Assembly: GCA_028532855.1 (NCBI GenBank)
Contig: JAQQAL010000044.1
Coordinates: 14,334-78,333, forward strand
Length of the DNA stretch: 64,000 nucleotides
Direction: 5' to 3'
Origin: Candidatus Thalassospirochaeta sargassi
GTDB taxonomy: Bacteria; Spirochaetota; Spirochaetia; UBA9216
Shown here one piece after another: positions 20,571 to 30,395 of the stretch (positions are counted from its first letter, which is position 1; every line of letters begins with the position of its first letter). The notes below the pieces were generated by a model that saw only the letters and a list, made by a program, of their open reading frames with translations, was not told the origin of the DNA and searched no databases. The position numbers and the translations under genes were made by a program.

Positions 20571-22682
20571 GTGAGAAAAAGAACCAGGCGTATTATTACC
20601 CTTAATATGCTGCCGCCGCTGGCGTTTTTCGCTCTATTGAGCGCTTATTCATTTCTGATACTTATTCCGGGGCTTCAGAAGGCCGGGAAGACCGGCGAAG
20701 GGGCGGCAGCACTGCTGTCCGCAATATTTCCCTATACTGCGGGACTTATGTTTCTGACGGCTGTTCTTTTTATCCTTCTTGCAGTCAGAGCAACAAAAAT
20801 GGAACTCAGCAGGGAGAAGCTGAAGGAATCGGCAGACAGGATTGATGAAGAGTTTCAGAGCTGGGTTGAAACTACCGCGGATGGATTTATATATATTGCG
20901 GATACGGGCACATCAGCCGCTGACAGGATCGTGCTTGAAATGCTGGACTGTACGGAGGTTGATTTTGAGAATTTGAAACCCGGGGATTATATCAACACAG
21001 ATGTTGACGGCAAGGAGCTGCTCGGTTTTATTGCTGATAAATCCGATGATATTACAGGACGTTACGAGACCAGGCTTATTGGAACCGACGGCATTCCTGT
21101 TGAGGTTTTAATTTCGGCATCAAGGATAAAATCTGAATCTATGACCGGTGTTATCCTTATTGTGAAGGATATGAGCGACCATGCCAGAACGGGGGCAGTA
21201 CGGATAGATGTCCAGAGGGAATATTCTATAGTTGAATTGCGGTCTGCTCTACAATACATCTATCAGAATGCCGGAACCATGATGGCCGAGCCGCTTTTGA
21301 TAGATGAAGAAGAACTGGTAATAGATGCGGTAAAAAAAATGAACACTCAGCATAAAAATAGTTTTATTGTCGTTGATGATGCCGGATTTGCTGCAGGGGT
21401 AGTTACCGATCAGGATCTAAGGCAAAGGATTCTAAGTGGAGATAAGAATATTACCGATAAGGTGACCGATATAATGAGCTGCCCTGTAGTCAGCGCAAGT
21501 GTGGATATAATGTTTTTTGAGGCCTTCAGATTGATGCGTGATAATTCAATACGGCAGCTGGTTATCGATGATGCTGATGGAAGACCAGTCGGTCTGCTTA
21601 CTGAAAAGAATCTCATTGCAGTACAGAGTACAAATACGGCAGCCTTTGAGGAAGAGCTGCTGAAAGCAGAGACTGTAGATGAAATGCGGGACTGCTACCG
21701 TCGTCTGGTGTTTTCGGTCAGGACTCTTGTGCTTTCGGGAGCTAAGGCATCATACATTATCAGTCTTGTATCCAAGACTGCTGAGATCATAACTGACAAA
21801 CTTATAAAACTGGCATTTATTAAACTCGGTCCCCCTGCCTGCGATTTTGCTTTCATTGCCATGGGAAGTGAGGGGCGGGGAGAACAAACCCTTCTCACTG
21901 ATCAGGATAATGGAATAATTTTTGAAGACGGGCCGGAAACGACTCTGAATGCACGAAGGGCATATTTCCTAAAGCTGGGTGCATTTGTCAGCGATGCGTT
22001 GAACCATATAGGATACAATTACTGCAGCGGCGGCGTAATGGCGTCAAATCCCAAGTGGGTAAAAACCGGAAATGAATGGGCGCAGCAGATATGGGATTGG
22101 TTTTCCGGAAACTCACCAGACAGGCTGCTTGATTTGAACATTCTATTCGATTTTAAATGTGTTTACGGAGATAAAAAGCTGGCTGAAACACTGAGGATGA
22201 ACATCTGGAAAGCTGTGGACAGCTATCCCGGCTTTTTGAAAGAGATCGCTGCAGCCGTAAGTGTGTTTAAACCCCGACTCACAATCTTCGGACGCATACA
22301 AGTTGAAAGAACTGATGCTGATGATGAGGTCTTTAATATCAAGAAAGCGCTCGGGCCGCTGACTATCTATGCAAGGACAATGGCGCTTAAAGAAAGTATT
22401 GCTCATACAGCCACGAGCGAGAGATTGAAGATCTTGGCTGAGCGCGGAGTAATAACCGGTAAGCAGTATCGTGATTATTCACATGCCTTTGATTTTCTTA
22501 CCCAGTTGAGATTTCGTGATCAGGTGCAGACTATTGAAGACGGTGAAAAGATGAATAATTTGATCTATATTGAGGATTTGTCGGAGGTTGAAATAATATC
22601 GCTTCGCAAAATATTCAAACAGATATCATCGGCGCAGGACAACCTGAGGCTTGCCCTGACAGGTTCAATAAGGCAGATATGA
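20571..22682 (+). CDS. Membrane-anchored PAS-CBS-CBS-DUF294 nucleotidyltransferase-like protein
   Basis: Two N-terminal hydrophobic helices, a PAS-like segment (DGIPVEVLISAS), CBS motifs GVVTDQDL and GLLTEKNL, NTase motif AMGSEGRGEQTLLTDQDNG, GGVMASNPKW, FNIKK. Confidence 0.82.
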   Translation: MRKRTRRIITLNMLPPLAFFALLSAYSFLILIPGLQKAGKTGEGAAALLSAIFPYTAGLMFLTAVLFILLAVRATKMELSREKLKESADRIDEEFQSWVETTADGFIYIADTGTSAADRIVLEMLDCTEVDFENLKPGDYINTDVDGKELLGFIADKSDDITGRYETRLIGTDGIPVEVLISASRIKSESMTGVILIVKDMSDHARTGAVRIDVQREYSIVELRSALQYIYQNAGTMMAEPLLIDEEELVIDAVKKMNTQHKNSFIVVDDAGFAAGVVTDQDLRQRILSGDKNITDKVTDIMSCPVVSASVDIMFFEAFRLMRDNSIRQLVIDDADGRPVGLLTEKNLIAVQSTNTAAFEEELLKAETVDEMRDCYRRLVFSVRTLVLSGAKASYIISLVSKTAEIITDKLIKLAFIKLGPPACDFAFIAMGSEGRGEQTLLTDQDNGIIFEDGPETTLNARRAYFLKLGAFVSDALNHIGYNYCSGGVMASNPKWVKTGNEWAQQIWDWFSGNSPDRLLDLNILFDFKCVYGDKKLAETLRMNIWKAVDSYPGFLKEIAAAVSVFKPRLTIFGRIQVERTDADDEVFNIKKALGPLTIYARTMALKESIAHTATSERLKILAERGVITGKQYRDYSHAFDFLTQLRFRDQVQTIEDGEKMNNLIYIEDLSEVEIISLRKIFKQISSAQDNLRLALTGSIRQI

Positions 22683-22683
22683 A

Positions 22684-23022
22684 ATGAAAATTGAACAGCA
22701 TGGCGATATAAGCGAAAAACTTTTTGGTGAACGAGCTGAAGATATCCATGAATGGATAGATCAGTATTTCGATCATAAGAAATTCAGGCATCCATTCTGG
22801 AATTGCATTATCAGAGGCTGGAATCCCTATGATCACAGGGCTCATCTTCATCATATTGAAGCACTTCCTGAAGCGCTTGAAGCTTTCAGGGGCAAATATT
22901 CAGAAGAAATTATTACCAATGTGTTTACCCAGCATCTCAAGGATGACTATGGAGGGTATGTGCCGACGAAGGCAGATTTTGACAGCAGGTCATTTGCCAG
23001 AAAATATCACCGCCTGTTCTGA
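22684..23022 (+). CDS. Small His-rich hypothetical protein (DUF6915-like)
   Basis: H...S.KLFG...DIHEWID...HRAHLHH...QHLKDDYGGYVPT. Starts 1 nt after the upstream stop. Confidence 0.6.
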   Translation: MKIEQHGDISEKLFGERAEDIHEWIDQYFDHKKFRHPFWNCIIRGWNPYDHRAHLHHIEALPEALEAFRGKYSEEIITNVFTQHLKDDYGGYVPTKADFDSRSFARKYHRLF

Positions 23023-23061
23023 CGGCTTGAGGCTAACGGGCTTAAAGAGTATACTCGACCC

Positions 23062-24840
23062 ATGAAATTTGAAGAATTCAACTTACACGAAGACATTTTG
23101 CGCGGCATAAATGATGCGGGCTTTGACGAAGCCATGCCGGCGCAGGAAAAGACCTTTAATGCCGTCTTAAACGGCAAAGATGTTACGGTCCAGTCGCAGA
23201 CAGGAACAGGTAAAACTGCGGCATTTTTAATTTCCATTTATCAGTTATTTAAAACCGATGTTGTAGAAAACAAGAAAGCATTAATTGTCGTTCCGACCAG
23301 GGAACTCGCGGTACAGATAGAAGAAGAAGCCGAAATTCTCGGTAAATATCTTGACTATAAAACTGTAAGCATTTACGGAGGCGTAGGGTATAAACAGCAG
23401 CTTGAAAAACTCAAAGCAGGAGCCGATTTTATTGTCGGTACCCCCGGACGGCTTCTTGATTTAGAAAAATCTAATCATATTGACTACAAACAGTTCGGTG
23501 TTCTTGTTATTGATGAAGCCGACAGGCTCTTTGATATGGGATTCTTTCCTGATTTGAGAAAGATGCTCAGAAAACTTGTTGATCCAACGAAGAGAAGAAC
23601 TATGCTTTTCAGCGCTACCCTGAATACTCGCGTTCTCAACCTCGCCTGGGATCAGATGAATGAATATGAGGAAATCAAAATTGAACCGGAAAAGGTTACC
23701 GTTGAAGAGATAACTCAGGAACTTTACCATGTTGCAGCTAATGAGAAGATGAAACTGCTGCTTGGCATTCTCAAGAAAGAGAATTTTGAAAACGCCATCA
23801 TATTCTGTAACACTAAGAACAAGGTAGCAGAGGTTTCAAAGCGTCTCGACGTAAACGGGTACAAGACGAAATTTCTGATGGGTGACCTTCCTCAGAAAAA
23901 ACGTCTTGCTACCATAAACGATATGAAGGCCGGAGAGCTTGATATTCTTGTTGCGACAGATGTTGCAGCCCGGGGGCTTCACGTTGATGATCTTTCACTT
24001 GTTGTAAACTTTGATCTTCCCGAAGATTATGAGAATTATGTTCACAGAATCGGACGTACTGCCCGTGCCGGAAAAACCGGCAAGGCCGTATCGCTTGCAT
24101 GTCCTAAATACGTATATCATCTTCCTGCAATTGAGAGCTACATCGGTGACAAGATTTCCGTAATGATAGCTGATGATGAAAGCTTCCTCGAAGATGCATC
24201 TGAAGGAATGCGATTCCGAAATGAATATGATGACAGACCTCAGCGGGGTCGAAGCGGTGACAACCGTGGCGGCGGAAAACGAAGCGATGGACGTAGAGAC
24301 GGCGGCCGGGGCGGATACAATAGAAGTGGTGACAACCGCGGAGGCGGAAACCGTAGCGACGGAAATCGCGGCGACGGACGCAGAAAGGACAGCGGCAATC
24401 GGAACGGCGGCAACAGGAACAACAGCGGCAGCAGAAGCGGTGGGGACCGAAGCGGAGGAAACAGAAACCGACGCAATGATGAATACAGAAACAACAGAAG
24501 CCGGCCGGCCGTGGAGCTTAAAAGACCGACAGCGGATGCTGGTGTTGAAGACAGAATTGCATATTACAAGGCTAAATACGGAGAGGATTTTAAACCCTCT
24601 GCGGAGATGCTGAAGCAGAACGGAGCCGGTGGCAGCAAAAAAACCGGCGGCCGGAAATCAGGTAACCGGAATAAGTCGGGCCAGTCTCACGGGGGCAAAC
24701 AGCAGGGCGGTCAGAGCAGGAAGCCGCAGCAGGCTGATAAAGGTAATAAAAAGCCGCAGCAGAAAGCTCAGCAGAAAGCTCCGGACGCGGCGGCACCGAA
24801 GAAAAGCGGGTTTCTCGGAAGATTATTCGGTAAAAAATAG
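23062..24840 (+). CDS. DEAD-box RNA helicase with an R/G/N/D-rich disordered tail
   Basis: QTGTGKT, PTRELA, GTPGR, DEAD, SAT, ARGL, HRIGRTAR. Confidence 0.95.
   Translation: MKFEEFNLHEDILRGINDAGFDEAMPAQEKTFNAVLNGKDVTVQSQTGTGKTAAFLISIYQLFKTDVVENKKALIVVPTRELAVQIEEEAEILGKYLDYKTVSIYGGVGYKQQLEKLKAGADFIVGTPGRLLDLEKSNHIDYKQFGVLVIDEADRLFDMGFFPDLRKMLRKLVDPTKRRTMLFSATLNTRVLNLAWDQMNEYEEIKIEPEKVTVEEITQELYHVAANEKMKLLLGILKKENFENAIIFCNTKNKVAEVSKRLDVNGYKTKFLMGDLPQKKRLATINDMKAGELDILVATDVAARGLHVDDLSLVVNFDLPEDYENYVHRIGRTARAGKTGKAVSLACPKYVYHLPAIESYIGDKISVMIADDESFLEDASEGMRFRNEYDDRPQRGRSGDNRGGGKRSDGRRDGGRGGYNRSGDNRGGGNRSDGNRGDGRRKDSGNRNGGNRNNSGSRSGGDRSGGNRNRRNDEYRNNRSRPAVELKRPTADAGVEDRIAYYKAKYGEDFKPSAEMLKQNGAGGSKKTGGRKSGNRNKSGQSHGGKQQGGQSRKPQQADKGNKKPQQKAQQKAPDAAAPKKSGFLGRLFGKK
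24250..24470 (+). repeat. Degenerate coding repeats (RSGDNRGGG.RSDG) in the helicase tail
   Basis: GAAGCGGTGACAACCGTGGCGGCGGAAA and GAAGTGGTGACAACCGCGGAGGCGGAAA, about 72 nt apart. Confidence 0.7.
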
Positions 24841-24905
24841 ACAGATTCATATATAAATTTTTTTCGGCTGCCTGCGGGCGGCCGTTTTTTATTGTATAAT
24901 GAGTA

Positions 24906-26456
24906 ATGGCCGAACAGAATGGAAAGTACATTATATCTATAGACGCGGGAAGTACCGGTATTAGAGCAATCCTTTATGATCGCAGCGGAGCGATAATCAG
25001 ACGCGAATATGAAAAGACACCTGCCGAACACCCGGAACCCGGGGCTACTGAGCATGATCCGGAAATGCTCTGGCAGGCGCTGATAAAAACCGTGAAGGCT
25101 ATTTTCGCCGACGGGACTGTTCTACCTTCAGAAGTGGCTGCCATTGGAATTACCAATCAGCGTTCTTCATTTTGTATCTGGGATAAAAAAACCGGCGAAC
25201 CTCTGACTAATTTCATCAACTGGCAGGATGTTAGAGCTGCCGACTCCATAGCAAAGATGAACCGCCATCCTGTGTGGATGCTGCTGAAAGGGGCAATGAA
25301 GCTGTTCAGCAGGATCATAAACAGTACCCTGCTTATTGCCACATCAATGCTTGTATTTAACACCGATCATACGATTGGAAAGGTCCGGTGGCTGCTGGAC
25401 GAGCGGCCTGATCTGGACAAGAAATGCCGGCGGGGAAAGGCTGTGTTCGGTACAATCGATACCTGGTTCATATATAAACTTACAGGAGGAAAAAACCATC
25501 TTACCGATTATACCAACGCGGCGTCCACTGCAATGTTTAACCCCTTCGATCTTAAGTGGAACGATATTTACTGTAAAATATTCGATATTCCTATGAGCAT
25601 GCTGCCCGAGGTTCGCGATACTAATGGATACTTCGGTGATGCTGTCCCCGAGCTGTTCGGGACTGCAATTCCAATCCGGGCCGCAATAGGTGATCAGCAG
25701 TCATCACTTTTCGGGCACGGCTGCTATAAGCCCGGCGATGTGAAATGTTCGCTGGGTTCGGGCTCCTTTGTCTGTGTAAACGTAGGTGATAAGGGAAAGG
25801 TCTCACGCAGGGGGCTGTTTCCTCTGGTTGCCTGGGTTATAGATGGAAAGCCCACTTACATGCTTGAGGGGCAGGTTGCTACTACCGGAACCCTGATTGA
25901 CTGGCTTGGTCAGGGGATAGGGCTTTCAGATACGCCCGTTGAACTCAATGAGCTGGCCGAATCATGTGAAGACTCAGAAGGAGTTTTTTTTGTGCCTACA
26001 CCGACCGGCATAAGGTTTCCGTATTTTGTCCCCGGAGCGAAGGCCTCACTGGTAGGATTGTCGCTTAAAACAGATAAACGGCATGTCGCCCGCGCTGTGC
26101 TTGAAGGAATAGCAATGCGTATCCAGGATATCCTCGAGGGGGTAGAGTCTGATGCTAAAACTGAAATTACCGAAATAATGACCGACGGCGGGGTGAGTCG
26201 TTCAGATATATTGATGCAATGTCTTGCCGATTATTCCGGTACCGAGGTCGAACGTGCACCCGAGCCCGATATGACAGCGACAGGCGCCGCCTACATGGCA
26301 GGTCTTTCCTGCGGATTCTGGAGCGACTACCGGGACCTGCTTGGCCTGCGTCAGGGGTATACAGTTTTTAAACCGTTCATCAGTGAAGAGCAGCGGGAGG
26401 AGAAAAAGAAAAAATGGAAAGATCTGCTTAAAAATCTGCTGAAGGTTAATCTATAA
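24906..26456 (+). CDS. FGGY carbohydrate kinase, glycerol kinase 5-like
   Basis: SIDAGSTG, GITNQRSS, WQDVR, FGTIDTW, GDQQS, KCSLGSGSF, DGGVS. Carries an amphipathic insertion after WQD. Confidence 0.85.
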   Translation: MAEQNGKYIISIDAGSTGIRAILYDRSGAIIRREYEKTPAEHPEPGATEHDPEMLWQALIKTVKAIFADGTVLPSEVAAIGITNQRSSFCIWDKKTGEPLTNFINWQDVRAADSIAKMNRHPVWMLLKGAMKLFSRIINSTLLIATSMLVFNTDHTIGKVRWLLDERPDLDKKCRRGKAVFGTIDTWFIYKLTGGKNHLTDYTNAASTAMFNPFDLKWNDIYCKIFDIPMSMLPEVRDTNGYFGDAVPELFGTAIPIRAAIGDQQSSLFGHGCYKPGDVKCSLGSGSFVCVNVGDKGKVSRRGLFPLVAWVIDGKPTYMLEGQVATTGTLIDWLGQGIGLSDTPVELNELAESCEDSEGVFFVPTPTGIRFPYFVPGAKASLVGLSLKTDKRHVARAVLEGIAMRIQDILEGVESDAKTEITEIMTDGGVSRSDILMQCLADYSGTEVERAPEPDMTATGAAYMAGLSCGFWSDYRDLLGLRQGYTVFKPFISEEQREEKKKKWKDLLKNLLKVNL

Positions 26457-27426
26457 AGTCTTTTATCGCTGCCGCAACTGCGCTGTCGACGGATCTTCCT
26501 GCAGACTTGTGATTTTTCTTCATCTCATCCGGAGCCTCGTCAACCGTGCGCCCTGTGCCAGCCCAGTGAAGCAAATCCTCATCATTAAAATCGTTGCCTA
26601 TGGCAAGGGCATCCGTTGCCGTGAGTTTAAGGCTTTGGGTCAGTCTCTCAGCTGATTTTGATTTTGATACATTCGGACTGAAAACCTCAATCCACATCGA
26701 CCTATGATCTATAGGGGATGTTGTTCTCAACACTGAGCAGTCCTTTAACCTGTGCCGCAGATAATCGATAAGCTCGTTTTTATATGTATCCTCATTAGCA
26801 TTCCCTGCCGGGGGAACAATTGCCACAAGTTGAGAGACCCCTTCATAGCAAGCCTTCTCAATCTGCTCAAGCTCAGAGTCTTCGTTTCCGCAGTCAAGCG
26901 ACTCGGCATATTCAGAGTATATTCTTATGCGTCGGTAGAAGTCGGGGTTGACCGCTCCGTTTGACTTTATATAGACGAACCCGTGGTTTTCAGGGACAGA
27001 TCTCTGAATCATGAAATCTATGCCCCTTCTGAAAAGAAGTCCCGCAGCATCAAAGGCACTTGCCGGCTGAAGTCCTTCAGCTTCGATCAGCTCATCCTTG
27101 GTGACAGCCACATCGAAACCGCGAATCGACGGTCCCGAATGAATTACCCCGGCACCAGAAGAGAAAATCAGGTAATCAAGGTATTCTTCAATCGGGCGGC
27201 TTAGGGAGGCTGCGACCCTCCGGAATGAAAACAATGAGCGGCCGGTGGCAATTGTTGTTATATATCCCGCGTTGCGCGCAGACCGTAGGGCCTCAAAATT
27301 TTCATCGGTTACATAGTGTTCACTGTTAAAGAGGGTTCCGTCAAAATCGGTAAAGATTATCCCTGCAGGCTTACCGGCAATTTCATCTGAAGGCTGTTTT
27401 GAAGCCCTCGTGTCAGAACAATTCAT
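26446..27426 (-). CDS. Cof-type HAD-IIB hydrolase
   Basis: TDFDGTL, ATGR, SKS, AIGNDFNDEDLL. Confidence 0.85.
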   Translation of the reverse strand: MNCSDTRASKQPSDEIAGKPAGIIFTDFDGTLFNSEHYVTDENFEALRSARNAGYITTIATGRSLFSFRRVAASLSRPIEEYLDYLIFSSGAGVIHSGPSIRGFDVAVTKDELIEAEGLQPASAFDAAGLLFRRGIDFMIQRSVPENHGFVYIKSNGAVNPDFYRRIRIYSEYAESLDCGNEDSELEQIEKACYEGVSQLVAIVPPAGNANEDTYKNELIDYLRHRLKDCSVLRTTSPIDHRSMWIEVFSPNVSKSKSAERLTQSLKLTATDALAIGNDFNDEDLLHWAGTGRTVDEAPDEMKKNHKSAGRSVDSAVAAAIKDFID

Positions 27427-28300
27427 AGCTGGTGTTTATGATCGGTGCGCGAAGATTATCGAGTACGGCTTCAAGCAGTACCCCCTCACGCCTCGGATAG
27501 TCGTGTCCAAAGCTGGCTCTAATTGCCTGGGTTACAAACTGGACGCTGCGATCCAATGCAATTGGAAGACTCTGTCCGCGTAGAAGGCTTCCGGTCATGA
27601 CGCTGGTGAATATATCGCCTGTGCCGGGGAAGTAAGCAGGAATGTAGGTGCACTGTACCTGCCAGAATCTTCTGCTTGTTTTTTCATAGGCTACTACAGA
27701 TGAGAGTTTCGGACGGCCAATTACCGGTATGCTGGTAATAATTACTATTTCAGGGCCCGTCTTCGACAGGCGTACCAGCCAGTCTTTTATCAGTTCGCTT
27801 GTGAACGCGTCATTTGGCAGGTCGGGAGATTCTTTCAGCAGCAGAGCTGCTTCTGTAGCGTTCGGCGTGATTACATCAGCCATTGCTGTTAATGATTCCA
27901 TCTGGTTGACCATTTCCATGGTAATTGTGTCGTATGTTTCGCCGTCATCGCCCAGAACGGGGTCGACAACCACAATCTGGTTTTCTCTTTTAAAATCACT
28001 GATAAATCTCTTTACCGTATCAACCTGTCTTGCGGAGCCTAGGAAACCGCTATAGATTGCGTCAAAGCTTATTGCAAGTGATTTCCAATGATTGATGAAA
28101 CTATCCAGTTCATCAGTCAGATCAACGAAATGATAGTTTTTAAATTCACTTGTGTGGGTTGAGAGTATTGCAGTCGGAACCGGACATGCCTGAATCCCCA
28201 TAGTAGAGAGGATTGGTATGACAGTGGTCAGTGAAGATCGGCCAAAACCGGATAAATCGTGAATTGCTGCTACTCTGGGGACAGGATTAGGCTTATACAT
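27413..28300 (-). CDS. pdxK: Pyridoxal/pyridoxamine kinase
   Basis: HDLSGFGRSSL, LSTHT, YSGFLGS, VDPVLGD, TPNATEA, GTGDIF. Confidence 0.88.
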   Translation of the reverse strand: MYKPNPVPRVAAIHDLSGFGRSSLTTVIPILSTMGIQACPVPTAILSTHTSEFKNYHFVDLTDELDSFINHWKSLAISFDAIYSGFLGSARQVDTVKRFISDFKRENQIVVVDPVLGDDGETYDTITMEMVNQMESLTAMADVITPNATEAALLLKESPDLPNDAFTSELIKDWLVRLSKTGPEIVIITSIPVIGRPKLSSVVAYEKTSRRFWQVQCTYIPAYFPGTGDIFTSVMTGSLLRGQSLPIALDRSVQFVTQAIRASFGHDYPRREGVLLEAVLDNLRAPIINTSYELF

Positions 28301-28364
28301 GGGCTAAGCATAGATCATAGGGCTTGAAACTGTCAACGAATATGTCGAAAATGAGGGTAAGACT

Positions 28365-29189
28365 ATGTTCGGATTAAATAAAGAAAAAAACAAAATTGAC
28401 GGGCTGCTGAAAGACATCAGGGCCGATTATGAAACTCTTGTCGGAACCTACAGCCGACCCCGCAGCCTTTCAAAGCAGTTCGAAATGCGATACCGTGATG
28501 CTGTCGAATACCGGCTTAACCTGGTAGGTTTTCTTGAAGCGGAGAAAGAGGCGGTAAAAGCCCTTCTCGGACAGGCTGAAAATAATATTCAGGATGATCC
28601 CCCACAGGCGTCCACGCCGGCATCAAAGCATTCGAGAGCTGTGGACAGGCCCCGTTCCGCAAAGGTTGATGATGGTGAGGAGCGAATCAGCTTTGCTGAT
28701 CGACTTATTCAGGAATTTGCTGAGCGGATCAAAAAATACCCTGAAATCATCATTCACCCTGATGCAGCATTTGAGATGAAAAAGCTCTTCGGTGCGTTAT
28801 CATGTGTAGAAAAGGATTACTGGGGTACTGTCGATCGCATTATCAGGAATATGTACGGCTCAAAAAGATTCCGCGACTCGGTGGATATTGAACCGGAAAT
28901 CAACCGTATGTGTACGCCCGGCATCGACGGGCTGCCGCCGGCTCTGGGGACCTATCACAGGCTTCTTGAGCGGATGCCGCGGGACTATCGAGAGGTTGAA
29001 CGTGAAGAGCAGCGCTGTCTTGTAAATGCTGCTGTTCTGCTGAAGCGAATGCAGGCAGAGGTTATCCGCTCGCTTGATGTCGGTTCTTCTCTTGACGAAG
29101 AGGAGCGGACAAGACTTAGCGAGGCTAAGGTTTATATAGACAGTATGATAGAAGATTTCAGACTGAAGGATCTCGGCAGGCTGAACTGA
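28365..29189 (+). CDS. Hypothetical helical protein
   Basis: 274-aa ORF with a plausible RBS and no recognised motif. Confidence 0.65.
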   Translation: MFGLNKEKNKIDGLLKDIRADYETLVGTYSRPRSLSKQFEMRYRDAVEYRLNLVGFLEAEKEAVKALLGQAENNIQDDPPQASTPASKHSRAVDRPRSAKVDDGEERISFADRLIQEFAERIKKYPEIIIHPDAAFEMKKLFGALSCVEKDYWGTVDRIIRNMYGSKRFRDSVDIEPEINRMCTPGIDGLPPALGTYHRLLERMPRDYREVEREEQRCLVNAAVLLKRMQAEVIRSLDVGSSLDEEERTRLSEAKVYIDSMIEDFRLKDLGRLN

Positions 29190-29216
29190 GTAAGCTGTGT
29201 ACAATACAAAAATTGA

Positions 29217-30275
29217 TTATTCGTATACTGCGTCGGTGTTAAGGCTGCCGAAGGTCGAGCCGCTGGTGGGCACAATATGCCAGTCGGCGGAGCTGTCTGT
29301 GTCCTCAGGTTCGGACAGCCTGCACATAGAGCGGGTGGCAGTTGAGTCGTCGGGGTTTAGCCCGTCTTCAGGAATGGGGCTGCCATTGTCGCCGCTGCCG
29401 GTCCAGCCCCCCTCGGTTGTAATCTGAACGGCCTTGTCAAGCATTCGACTGCTTCCGAACCCCGAGTAGTTTTCGTCCGATGACGATGTGCGGTTGGAGT
29501 AGAGTACGGCATCAATTATCCTTCCGCCGGGTGCCGAATAGATGGCAATAACACCATTGTTTCCTGATAGGCCTCCCCCGCCGGGTACCCAGAAGTCCCG
29601 GGCTACGGGCGATGCGTCATATCCCGCCGATTCATCAAGCAGGCTGCCGGTCTCGTCAATTTCATCATCAATCCCCTGAGGTTTGAAATGAATTAGCAGG
29701 TAGTCGCCTGTTTCAACCTCTAATGCCGGCATGCTGATTGACTCCTCGGGATAATCGGTTGTTCCCTCAACTATCCACAGCCCGGCAAGATTGCCGCCAT
29801 CCGTTATAAGCAGTTCTACTATATCAGGGTGAGTGCTCGACCCCTGGGTTGTGAACTCATTTATTAATAGTTTAGGAAGATTCGGATTAAATCCATAGAA
29901 GGGGATTAGAAAGCTCATCCGGTTACCGGTAGAATCCGAAACCTCGGCATCTATGATGTAACGGGTTCCTGCAATCTGAGCCTTGTTGAATGTAAGGGTT
30001 AAATTACTGTCACCGGTTGTGACGATAGCAGTCCCTAATTCCGGGCTTATATTTACATCTCTGTTGAGTGATACATCTTCATTGAACTCAAGGGTAATAT
30101 TGTATTCATCGGTCGCTATGATTTTTTCAATAACAGGCGGGAAAAGATCAGCATCTGAAAAATCTCTCAGGTCAAGTACGGGGCCGCAGGACAGACAGGC
30201 ACTGAGTATTGCCGGAACGATTCCTGCTGCAAACAGCTGAGCTGCAGAAATAACTTTATTTTTTAGAATATCCAT
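29217..30275 (-). CDS. Putative lipoprotein with Ig-like and lamin-tail-like domains
   Basis: LSC lipobox-like segment, LEFNEDV, LLINEF...DIVEL, GLSGNNGVI, TFGSLN. Confidence 0.6.
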   Translation of the reverse strand: MDILKNKVISAAQLFAAGIVPAILSACLSCGPVLDLRDFSDADLFPPVIEKIIATDEYNITLEFNEDVSLNRDVNISPELGTAIVTTGDSNLTLTFNKAQIAGTRYIIDAEVSDSTGNRMSFLIPFYGFNPNLPKLLINEFTTQGSSTHPDIVELLITDGGNLAGLWIVEGTTDYPEESISMPALEVETGDYLLIHFKPQGIDDEIDETGSLLDESAGYDASPVARDFWVPGGGGLSGNNGVIAIYSAPGGRIIDAVLYSNRTSSSDENYSGFGSSRMLDKAVQITTEGGWTGSGDNGSPIPEDGLNPDDSTATRSMCRLSEPEDTDSSADWHIVPTSGSTFGSLNTDAVYE

Positions 30276-30395
30276 ACTATCCTATAACCGGATTATTTAA
30301 TGATGCTTCAGCTTTGCATTATTTTTTTTTTGAGATATACTCAGATTGTTCAGATTTGAGCATAAATTATAATTTTTTAGACAAATGAGGCGCAT

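Noticed and set aside
24173-24613. Ala/Thr/Glu-rich and Pro/Leu/Arg-rich overlapping ORFs
   Set aside because: These are frame shadows of the low-complexity helicase tail.
30276-30395. glmS ribozyme upstream of glmS
   Set aside because: The intergenic region is only 120 nt, AT-rich and shared with a divergent promoter, with no ribozyme core.
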